Shown here piece after piece: positions 1 to 11,579 of a stretch of 64,000 bases of DNA. A program made the translations under genes and the position numbers. The DNA comes from Thalia democratica. Lineage: Eukaryota. The notes beneath the pieces were generated by a model, which worked only from the letters and a program-made list of their open reading frames with translations, did no database searches and was not told the DNA's origin. How positions within the stretch are numbered: position 1 is the first letter of the stretch; each line of letters opens with the position of its first letter. The stretch spans positions 76,012,001 through 76,076,000 of the forward strand of contig OZ241828.1 in assembly GCA_965202585.1 (NCBI GenBank), written 5' to 3'.

Positions 1-1869
1 TTTATAATTTCTCTTCCAGTTTAAAACCCAAAAGTTTCAAACTTTCTCAGTCTAATCTTAAATTAAAAATATCAAGCTGACAGTATGGCCACTGTTTTTT
101 GAAAAATATTTTCCTTGTTTTCAAATTTTCTTCTGGATTTAATGGTTTTCATGTAATAAGTAAGTTATATTTTAAAATTCATTATAAAATATAATTTTAT
201 CTTTTAAATGTGGACTAAAGTTGTTTTGTTATGTTAGAACCCCTATGACCTTGAAAATATTCAATACCCTTTGGTTTTATAAAAATTTGAAAATTCTTGT
301 TAAAAACTAAAATGTTTTTTGTTTTTTTTCTCACAACTGAATGGACTGTTTTATCTTATACTGTCATGTAGTCATTTTATGTTGAAAACTCATGGAAGTT
401 AAGTGTTTGCTTTCCATATTAATTTAGGACTTGTTTTGCTGTGTTTGGGTATTCTTCTTTATAAAATTTCTTGCCATGTATTTCTTAATGGTAATAATAA
501 GTTTGTAAAGGATATTTTTCGCGCTCTTTTTGTAGTATTCCTCCGCGCATTTTCAAATTTTTAGGCGCCTAATTATTTGTTGAAAAATTTTAAATAACAA
601 ATATGATGTCATAAACAGTAATTCATACCAAAATTAAATTATAACAATAGTTAGTAACATTATATTAAAGGTAATCCTTGCTCATAGTATTGCTTAAGCT
701 TGTTTAGATAATTGGAGTGTGTTTTGTGAAATTAAAAGCTTGGTTTATTCTTTTTCCTCTTTATATTGTATTAACAATTTAGTTATAAAACATTATTTAA
801 TCTATTATTTATTATGTTATTTTAAGTTAAAAAGTGTTGAGCTCATTAAAAAAAAAAATTAAACTATTATGATTGTTTGCTATTAAATTAAGATTAACAT
901 GTTATAGTTTGTCTATAATTGTATAACTTATTTTGTTATACTATAACTAAAAAAAATTTAATGATTGTTTTAGTTTTCCTATTCCAACTTATTCAAACTG
1001 AAAGTACTTTAATTTTTTTGTTTAGTGTAAAATAATGTTCTATGAAATTGAAACTTCAATGTGCTGCTGTCTCTTCCCAAAAAAATAACACCTTTAGATT
1101 CCAGGTTAGTCTGATTGCTCTCTATCTTTTGTATCAACTTTTCATTCACACTATTCTACTGTTTGAAATAACTTAAGTCAACTAAACATGTATTTTCATT
1201 TAGTTTATAAGTCAGTTGTCGAAAAAAAAATTAATGCCTATTAAATGTACTAATTTTGACTATTCATTAAATCATTATTCAAAAGTTGTATAGTTTCTAG
1301 TGATGCCACAGGGATAGACGTTAAATTGAACAGTAAGTAAATTTTTAAAAATTATAAAGTTTTAAATAAAAAAAGTAAATAAATAGTGATGTAAATTAAA
1401 AGTATGTTTTGTAAAAATTTTTCAAAGCAAACCTATGAACCACTTATTCTTTAATTCAGTATAAATTTAGTTAAGTTCAAGAGTAGAAATCTAGTTTTCT
1501 TAAATTGAAATTGAGATCATCTTTATTTGAAATTTATTTATAGAGTTACATATATTTTATTTTATTAAAACTAATATGAAATTTAAAAAAAAGTATAAAC
1601 TTTCAAGTTATTAAGCCACAAAATTTCAAGTAAGATCTCCTATAAAGGACCTAGTAATTGTACTAATTTTGGCTATTTACACTACAAAAATTTGGTCCTA
1701 ATTGAATAGGTCTTATAGGCTAACCCAAATGAAGTATTTTTATTTAAAAAACTTTGGATAGTTTCGAGTTTTTTTTTAAATCTCATGAAATGTTTTGATT
1801 TTTAATGTATAGACTTTAAATGAGAAGAACATTTTTAGCTGTAACATTTTGTTTCATTTTTTTTATTAG

Positions 1870-4800
1870 AAGTCATTTTCAAGATGAATTTATTTGATTG
1901 GAAAATATTGTTGACACTAATGAAACAAATAAGGTAAACAAAAAAAGTTAAAGAAATAAAAAATGTGAATAAATTTAAACAATAAAGATTCAGATTAAAT
2001 GGATGAAGAACTTCAGCAGGATAACAACAATTGGTAAATGGAGCTTGAAGCAATTGGAAGTGAGGAACATCTGCAAACCAAGGTTGTTATCATTTTTAGT
2101 TTTTTTGACCACACCTTAAAGCTTATAAAATAGAAAAGTTTATGTGTATGTTTTTTCAAATAAGCTAAATATTTATGGAGAACAGATTTATGTTTATTTT
2201 AAGTTTCAAACTTTACTATTCAAAACAAGTTATGTATCCTTTTTGTTTTATATTGAGTTTCGTTCCTATTTTTATTTACAAATATATAAGGGGTCGTACA
2301 AGTCAAGTTAAATATTTTTGGAAAGTTTAGCAAGACAGTTTGTTAGAATTAAAATTTTTAGGATTTTTTGAGAAATCTATATTTAGTAAATTTTTAGTTT
2401 TTATTTAGTTTTTATAGCCTTTACTTTGGTTAAGCAAATGTCATGTTAGAAAATGTCAGTGATTGTCAGTACAAATACTTAAAAGTTTCTGAATTGTTAA
2501 AATTTTTGTTTTTTCGTTTTAAATAAATATTATCGCTTCTTTGTTAATAATATACTTGTTTGATAATTGTCCCCACCTTTTCGCAAAAAATTCTTGAATG
2601 CATTAGCTGCCAAAGGCTACAATATAAAGTAAGTGTATCAGTTTCGCTGTAGTTAGAGTTGTTAAAATAATCAAAATTGGTTTAGCTAGAAAGTAAAGTT
2701 TAATACATGTGTGTGTAGCACTTTAGTAAAAGTTCCGAAAACTAAAGCTTTAATGATATTATCTGGAAATATATCTACTTAAGTATAAATTTTGAAACTA
2801 AAAAATTAAAAGTTATATTATTAATAGTTTACGCATTTATAACTAGTCTTATAGGACAATTTGTTGGTTGTGAGGCCAATTTGGAGCCAACTAAGAAAGG
2901 TTAGGAAAAATGTCAGTCAAAATATCAATCTAAATTTTTCGTACGAACTATGATAAAACCTTTAAGTACCTCTAATATGTAATTTTTTATATGAATATAT
3001 GAAAATTTCTCTTATACGACTGTTATTATATTCACTTCTTTAAGTAATAGTTTTGGCGCCAATTGTTTTCCAGAATATTTAAAATTTTGTGCGAAAATAA
3101 CAATTTAAACTTTTTTTAAAGTTTGGCGCGAATTTATTACTAATAACTTATAAATTTAGGCGGCAAAAATTTGGAGGGGAGGTTTAAAACTAATTTCATT
3201 TAAAAATTAGCTGACGTCATAATATGTTTATTTTAAATAAAATATTTTGAGTCATTTTTTAACTCGAACACCAGTCTTTAAACTTTAAATATAATACTTC
3301 TTATACCTTGAACAAAATTGAACATTTTAAGTTAGATATAAGTTAAACTTGTTATAATAATGTACCTAACTAATGGTAAATTAACTTAATTAAAAAAAAG
3401 TATAACTTCAGAACAATCGATAGTTTTTTAACTGAAGTAAACAAATAAAATCTACAAATAATTTTTTATAGTTAAATGGTATATTAATTATTTGTTAGTG
3501 TTATTTTATGCAGAAAAACGTTAGTGACTTCCAATGTTTAAAATAATTAGTTCACTTAGTACAGACCTTCGTAAAAGGTAAAATATTTTTCTTAACTTAT
3601 AAGTCATACCAGAAGTTTTATTATTTAAAATTTTTTTGTTTCTTTTATTAACAAATATTACTAATGTAGTATTACGAGGTCGTAAACTTTATCTTTTTAA
3701 TATAAACCAAAACATTTAGCCTGTAACTGTTTTATTTAATTGTCGAGTGTCAGTGGACAAACGCTTTTTTTTTTAAACAGTTGTTTAAAGATGTAATAAA
3801 AATACATGCATATTTATGTACAAACACTTACAAAATAAGGTTTTGTGAGCAAATAGTTATCGCTATGCCGTTTCATTATTTTTTTTCGAGTAGAAGCCCT
3901 ATCAAGTATTATTTTTTTTAACAAGAGTAGAGCATCATTTTTTTTCGCATCTTCTATTAGTTAGCTGACATAAGTTTAATCAATTTGCCTCATTAAGGTA
4001 AAGCAAACACACACTTATATCCATACATTAAATTGTACATTTAATATCATTAAAACTAAAGATGAGTCTGTTTTCTTATTTGTTTTATTAAGCTTTTTAC
4101 TTTTTCTGATACAATGTATCCCCGTTTCTGGTCAAATAAATTTATTTAAAATAACATAATTTTTTTTTAGGATTTCTTTTTTTAAAACAACCTAGTCCAG
4201 TTTATTGTAAGTCATTTTCAAGATGAATATATGTGATTAAAAAATATTGTTGACACTAATGAAACAAATAAGGTAAACAAAAAAAGTTTGAGAAATTAAA
4301 AACGTAAATAAATTTAAACAATAAAGATTCAGATTAAATGGATGAAGAACATCATCAGGATAACAACAATTGGTAAATGGAGCTTGAAGCAATTGGAAGT
4401 GAGGAACATCTGCAAACCAAGGTTGTTATCATTTTTAGTTTTTTTGACCATACCTTAAAGCTTATAAAATAGAAAAGTTGATGTGTATATTTTTTCAAAT
4501 AAGCTAAATATTTATAGAAAATAGATTTATGTTTATTTTATGTTTTAAACTTTACTATTAAAAACAAGTTATGTATCCTTTCTGTTTTATACTAAGTCTC
4601 ATTCCTATTTTTATTTACAAATATATAGGGGGCCGTACACGTCAAGTTAAATATTTTTTTCTAGAAAAATTAGCAAAAGATAGTTTGTTAAAGTTGAAAT
4701 TTTTAGGGTTTTTTAAAATTAAATTTTTAATAATTTTTTTAATAAACATTTAGTTTTTATAGCCTTTACTTTGGTTAAGCAAATGTCATGTTAGAAAATG

Positions 4801-6553
4801 TCAGTGATTGTCAGTACAAATACTTAAAAGTTTCTGAATTGTTAAAATTTTAGTTTTTTTGTTTTAAATAAATATTATCGCTTCTTTGTTAATAATATAC
4901 TTGTTTGATAATTGTCCCAACCTTTTCGCAAAAAATTCTTGAATGCATTAGCTGCCAAAGGCTACAATATAAAGTAAGTGTATCAGTTTCGCTGTAGTTA
5001 GAGTTGTTAAAATAATCAAAATTAGTTTAGCTAGAAAGTAAAGTTTAATACATGTGTGTGTAGCACTTTAGTAAAAGTTCCGAAAACTAAAACTTTAATG
5101 ATGTTATCTGGAATATATCTACTTAAGTATATATTTTGAAATTAAAAAATTATAAGTTATATCATTAATAGTTTACGCATTTATAACTAGTCTTATAGGA
5201 CAATTTGTTGGTTGTGAGGCCAATTTGGAGCCAACTAAGAAAGGTTAGGAAAAATGTCAGTCAAAATGTCAATCTAAATTTTTCGTACAAAGTATGATAA
5301 AAATATTGAATACCTCTAATATGTACTTTTTTGTATGAGTATATGAAAATTTCTCTCATACTACTGTAATTATATTCACTTCTTTAAGTAATAGTTTTGG
5401 CGCCAATTGTTTTCCAGAATATTTAAAATTTTGTGCGAAATAATAATTTAACCTTTTTTTCAAATTTTGGCGCGAATTTATTACTAATAACTTATAAATT
5501 TAGGCGGCAATTATTAGGAGGGGAGGTTTAAAACTAATTTCATTTAAAAATTAGCTGACGTCATAATATGTTTGTTATAAATAAAATATTTTGAGTCATT
5601 TTTAAACTCGAACACCAGTCTTTAAACTTTAAATATAATACTTCTTATACCTTGAACAAAATTGAACATTTTAAGTTAGATATAAGTTAAACTTGTTATA
5701 ATAATGTACCTAACTAATGGTAAGTTAACTTAATTTAAAAAAAGTATAACTTCAGAACAATCGATAGTTTTTTAACTGAAGTAAACAAATAAAATCTACA
5801 AATAATTTTTTATAGTTAAATGGTATATTAATTATTTGTTAGTGTTATTTTATGCAGAAAAACGTTAGTGACTTCCAATGTTTAAAATAATTAGTTCACT
5901 TAGTACAGACCTTCGTAAAGCGTAAAATATTTTTCTTAACTTATAAGTCATACCAGAAGTTTTATTATTTAAAATTTTTTTGTTTCTTATATTAACAGAT
6001 ATTACCAAAACAGTATTACAAGGTAGTAAACTTTATCTTTTTAATATAAACCGAAACATATAGTCTGTAATTGTTTTAGTTGATTGTCGAGTATCAGTGG
6101 GACAAACGTTTTTTTAAACAGTTGTTTAAAGATTTAATAAAAATACACGCACATTTATGTACAAACACTTACAAAATTGGGTTTTGTGAGCAAATAGTTA
6201 TCGCTATGCCGTTTCATTATTTTTTTTTTTCGAGTAGAAGCCCTTTCAAGTATTATTTTTTTAACAAGAGTAGAGCATCATTTTTTTTCGCATCTTCTAT
6301 TAGTTAGCTTGACATAAATTTAATCAATTTGTCTCATTAAGGTAATACAAACACACACTTATGTCCATACATTAAATTGTACATTTAATATCATTAAAAC
6401 TAAAGATGAGTCTGTTTTTTTTTAATTTGTTTTATTAAGCTTTTTACTTTTTCTGATACATTGTATCCCCATTTCTTGTCAAATAAATTTATTTAAAATA
6501 ACATAATTTTTTTTTAGGATTTCTTTTTTTAAAATAACCTAGTCCAGTTTATT
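1870..6553 (+). repeat. Direct tandem duplication of a ~2.34-kb unit (a1 1870-4206, b1 4209-6553)
   Basis: Both units start AGTCATTTTCAAGATGAAT and end CCTAGTCCAGTTTATT. Confidence 0.92.
3051..3219. promoter_or_regulatory. CpG-containing motif cluster (E2F-like and CRE), present in all four 2.34-kb units
   Basis: TTTTGGCGCCAA (3051), TTTGGCGCGAA (3122) and TGACGTCA (3212-3219) in otherwise CpG-poor DNA. Confidence 0.35.
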
Positions 6554-9499
6554 CCTGATAATTAATTTTACGTTGGTATGCTTAAAGTCTTTTAAGTGTT
6601 TTCATCATTTGTTCAACTTCATTGTTTACAGTCTTTAGGGTTCAATTCAGTTTATAGGTTTTTCAAATGGATTTTTTTTTAATTTAATAAAATAAAAAAA
6701 AATAAAAGGTCTAGTAATTTGTAGGCTTACCACCTACTACAAATATTTGTTTGTTGGTTTTTATCATTTGAATATCTTTTTTTAATAACTCGTTGGATTT
6801 GATGTGAATTTTCCTCAACTTATTTTTTTTCCAATATAAATTTTAAATTTTCAATTTGTTTAAAATCTTGTTCTTGATTTGGTATATGTTTAGTTTTAAG
6901 TCCAAATATTTCTGTATTTTTTAAAATATTTTCTTCTTAGTTGGTACAATAAAAACCTTTCAGTATTATTCTTCCTTAAAAGTTTCTTATTTTGTCTATC
7001 AGTTTGTACTCACTGCATACAAAAGATACTTTTGTTGGGTATTCAAAATTAGATCTTTCGAAATATGCCATAATTAAAATTAAAATACACTTGAACAACA
7101 TAACTTTCTGGGGATTTTATTTTGGATGTTATAACACTTGAACCTTCTTTATTAGAACTTCCATGGAATAGTTCTCTGTTTTGTTTGTTTTTAAAGGTTT
7201 CAAACAGCTCTTATTTCAGCTAATTTTGAATTTGATGTATTACCTGCCTCATACTGAAGTTTTTCTTAGCAGTTTGTATATGGATCATAATTTTTTTGTT
7301 GTTTGACATAAATCTGGTCTTTTAAAACTGGTAACTGTTTAGATTTAATAATTTTTATATATGTTAATCGCTTTCATCTTTGTTCAAATAAGCATATTTC
7401 TATTCTACTGATATATTTGGTTAAATAGATTTTTTTTTCTTTTAAATTACTTTATTATCACACTCAGCTGTAGGAATACATTGAGGGCCAAAACATTAAA
7501 GTTCAATAATAGTTATATTTAAAATAACATATGATTTTTTTAGGTCTATTTCATTATGTATTTGCTGTACTTTAATTTGCTTGTCACTCTTTCTGATCTT
7601 TTTTGACCTAACATCTTTTACGGTCTAATATCTTATTTTTTGGATAAAGTTCTGTTTTATTTAATTTGCAAGATTTTCGGTCATCTTTTTATTTGTTAAG
7701 TAGTCAAGTAGTAGCAATTTTTAGTTTTGACCTTGTTTTCTTCAAAAAACTGTTTTGATTGATTTACAATTGGTTAGAATAGTATTTTTGGGCGTGGTTT
7801 CTTTTTTAGTTCTTTAAATAATCTTTTCTCACTAATGCAACATTAATTGAGTTTTGATAGATGTTCCTTGATACGTTTTAAAATGTCTTGAAGTTTGCCA
7901 AGTGTAACTTTTTTTAACAGTAGCATCAAAATATGACCACATCCTTTTTCTAGTCTTTTTTCTCACTGGGATTGACTGTTTTTTTAAAAAGTGAACAAAC
8001 TTCTAGTAGTATTCACTAATTATTTTATATTAAATTTTAAAATTAGCTCAAATGTACGGTATTCTAAGTGATGTTGTGCATTTTCTGGAGAAATTTGTTT
8101 GTTTCCACTCGAGTTTTTGTGATTTTATTACTCTTAGCAGAGTTGCCACGGGTCAGGCTGAGTTAGTTTTTTTTTTTTTGAAAATTAGAACATGCTAGAC
8201 TAAGTCGGTTTTTATGGTCAAATTGAACAAAGATTAATTTTTTTAGGTTAAAATGGCAAGAAGTAACCATTTTTTATTACTAAATTACAAATTTCCTTAA
8301 TATTCAAAGCCTTGAAGTTTTCCTAGAAATTTACTTTCATAGTCATTAAATCCCAAAGCTTTGAAAAATATTATTTATAAAGTCAGACTAAAGTTGCAAA
8401 ATATTTTTAGAAACATGTTAGACTATTATCCTATTTTAACAAGTTGTAATCTTTTTTATTTTTAAGACCTGTTGCAAGGACATTTCCATAGTGAAACTTT
8501 GATATATAGAAAAAAGTCTATTTTGCAAAATTTAAGAATCAGATTGTTTTATGTTTATGTAAGTTATTATAGCAAATAATAATTTTATAAATATAGCTTT
8601 TGCTCCAGTACACATTCTAAACACAGTAGCTACTCAGTAGAAAGTTTGTAGCTAATAATTACTAGTCTATATAAAAAATAAACCTGACAGAAAATATTTT
8701 TTATGGTTCAAAAATGTGTACTGAACAAGTAGTAAAATGCGTATTTGTCAAAATATGTGTACTCAAAATGCGTACTTATAAGCCATACCTAAGTTAAAGG
8801 TGATAGCCAAAATTTTGCTTGGAAACCCTATCTTAGAGTTTATCACAAAGTTTTTAGAATGTTTGATCATAAAACAATATTTGAAAAAGTAGTAGTATAT
8901 TATATAAAGTAAAAATAGTAAATGAGATTTTATCTATGGTTTTCTTTATTTATTAAGTTATAGGTTTTTTAACTCTGCTGATGATTCAGCGATTTTTGTG
9001 TATGTTACTTTGACTACTTTGCATGTTCTTAGAGAAAGCTAGAATAACTTTTAGTCAAAATAGTTTTTTTTTTTCCTTACAGCCGCGGAACTGCCATTTC
9101 ATGATCGCCGAGTTCATTTCAGCCGTTCTTTATGGGTTTTTGGATTCTTTTGCACTCAGCTCCAATTCAAGTTAGTTTTAATTATTAAAAAAAATACTTG
9201 TGTTGCAAAAACTAACTTATCAAACAGAAGTTCTTCTATGAAATATAAGCGTTAATTATTATTTTATGTCCAGTGATGGCCAATTCAACATTTTAAGGAT
9301 TTTGTCCTACTTAGCCTACGTTAAACTTTTTTCGACTTGTAGCACGAATCGGCCTAACTGAAAACTAATACATAACTGCGACCCAGCCGTTGACCTATAC
9401 AAATCAAGGTAAGTAAGCGTTCAGTTTTTAACTACGTTACGTCACTAACTTCTTCAGGTGCAGACTCAGAATCATTTAAAAAAATATTGCTCTAAATTT

Positions 9500-9700
9500 G
9501 CATAATTCTCACCTTTTAGAATAAATTAGTTCTCTTATGTTAGATTTTTGCACACAAATTCTCACTTCCAACCGAACTGACGCGTATATATACGAACTTC
9601 GGCATAACCACCTTGATAAGAAAACAAGAGGCGTTTTGCGGCATCGATGATAACACGGCCTCCAAATAATGCCGAAACAAATTGATTTCTTATGAGTCCT
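9500..9700 (-). mobile_element. Possible C-terminal relic of a P-element/THAP9-like transposase (duplicate at ~55495-55690)
   Basis: One frame reads FLIKVVMPKFVYIRVSSVG..KI*HKRTNL.., and a shifted frame ILKGE, reminiscent of LIK.I..KY..IRL.H.GK...IRQKLTKLILFKGQ. Heavily decayed, recalled similarity only. Confidence 0.3.
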
Positions 9701-9819
9701 GAAGAACTTGTACAACAATGTATAATCAAATGACATTGCGACTTGGCGACTTGGCGCACTTGGCCATCTTGGCAGATAAAAACATCTTATTGCAACATTT
9801 ATTTATTTTTGTTTTTTGC

Positions 9820-10054
9820 AAACACTTATTCGCCTTTCTTTGTCCTGCGTTTCTAACATCTTCTGATTGCTTGCCATTATAAGTTATTTAATGTTTGGCA
9901 TACAATAATAGGAAACTTTTAGTGCCTTCCTGTTGAAAACTTTACAATATGGATGGTCTTCAGTTAACTTTTTACCAACAATCTCTAAACAGCGTTTCCC
10001 AACCAGCGTTGAAACGCTTTTGCACAATGAAGCATTGAAGTACAAAATATTTCT
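9820..10054 (-). mobile_element. Shorter duplicate of the same Penelope-like fragment
   Basis: RNILYFNASLCKSVSTLVGKRCLEIVGKKLTEDHPYCKVFNRKALKVSYYCMPNIK; near-identical to 55810-56047. Confidence 0.75.
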
Positions 10055-11579
10055 AGCTTCACATATGAAAATTGACGATCGAATCCTTTTATGTTCACTT
10101 CATCAGGAGTGTCGTGTCTTATTGTGGTGATTGCTGTTCGAAGTTAGTATAAAGTTGTCAAATAACAATAATTTGTTTCATAATGTTTGCTTTTAACTTT
10201 TGTTTTGACTTTATTTAATTCTTCTATATACAACTTTTGGACAACTTATTTTAATCTTTATTTTTACTGATGATAACTGTTTAAAGCTCAAAACAAGTAA
10301 TAAAAGTAAACATTTTAAAAACCTACGAAAAAATTTTAGAAATTATTAAGGTAACTTACCACACTTATCAACATCAATAAGCAAGACTAATAAAATTATC
10401 AAAATAGATATAAAACTTAAAATAAAAAAAAGTGTAAAGTTCTATATACGTTCACATACAACATTTAAAAAAATTGAGACAACTATAACACTTTTGACAA
10501 AATATACACTAATATGAAAATAAACATTAGAAAAGCTTAAAAACGACATAAAAATTATAATTCATTAAAAGGAAAGCTCGTTAATACTGTTTACTGTTTT
10601 GTAAATTTTTGAATCAACCAACCATTGTTTCAGGTGACGTTGCGAAACACAACATTTAAAAAAAATTGAGTCAACTATAACACTTTTGACAAAATATGCT
10701 CTAATATAAAAAATAAACATTAGAAAAAATTACTAACAACATAAATATTTATAACTCATTAAAAGTAAAGCTCGATAACACTGTTTATTATTTCGTTAAA
10801 TTTTTAAATCAACCAACTAGTGTTTCCGGTGACGTTGCAAAACACTGTGACGTAGTTGCGACCGGACGGGTTCAAAGTGTACATACCGGAAACGACATCC
10901 GGGTTGAAAACCCTCATCTCGTTACACGTCCTGTAAAACCTCCTCTCAACGTTTTCCGGCTTCAGCTTCGCGTTCTCAGCCTTCAGCTCGTCCAAGTCCC
11001 GTTGCATCTTGTTCATTTTGACCTCCGAAGCCTGAAAATCCTCTACAAACTGCTGGGAGATGTTCAACAGGACCCGGTTGTTCTCAATTATTTTCCTCTC
11101 CGCTTCTAACGGTACCCTTCCAACTTCTCCCTACAATTTCATCTAGTTTAACTTTGAGTTTTTAATAGTTTTTTATTTTATTTTATACTATAATTTATAT
11201 AGTTAGATGCTTTAACTATTATTTGATTGGATTTAACAGTTATTTTAATTAAAAAAATTTATTTACTATTTCGGTTTATAATGCTGTCTTTTATTTTCTT
11301 TTTAATTTTTAGTTTATAATGTATTTCTTTCATTTTATTTTACTTTCTTAATTTTTACTTATTTTTATGTTTAATTTCAATTATTTTCACCTTGCTCCCC
11401 TTAGGCCCGGCACTTCCAGCAGGTCCGTGCTTCCCGGGAAGTCCCGGAGGTCCTGCGGTGTTTTCCCTCTGTTGAAACTCCGATCCTTGCAAGTTTATGT
11501 TCAAGCTTGGACAATCGCTCTCCTGAGCGTTGAACAAACGGAACAGTGACGTAATAATCAAACACAAAATTAACTTCAT
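9985..11579 (-). pseudogene. Copy A, truncated: exons 11391-11579 and 10818-11130, then exon 3 (starts 10133) broken at ~10053 and joined out of frame to a Penelope-like fragment (stop at 9985)
   Basis: Exon 3 homology ends at ...TCATATGTGAAGCTAG, then reads EIFCTSMLHCAKAFQRWLGNAV*. Exons 4-5 are absent. The upstream acceptor-like AG conserved in the other copies is TG here. Confidence 0.8.

Larger units (their letters stand above)
1..10054 (+). repeat. Segmental duplication, near-identical to 47017-56047
   Basis: Colinear with few substitutions. Differences: 6635-7970 is absent in the second copy, 54943-55215 is absent in the first. Confidence 0.95.

Noticed and set aside
6635-7970. Block-1-specific 1.3-kb segment as a transposon insertion
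   Set aside because: No TIRs, TSD or recognisable ORF; the filler in block 2 fits a deletion better.
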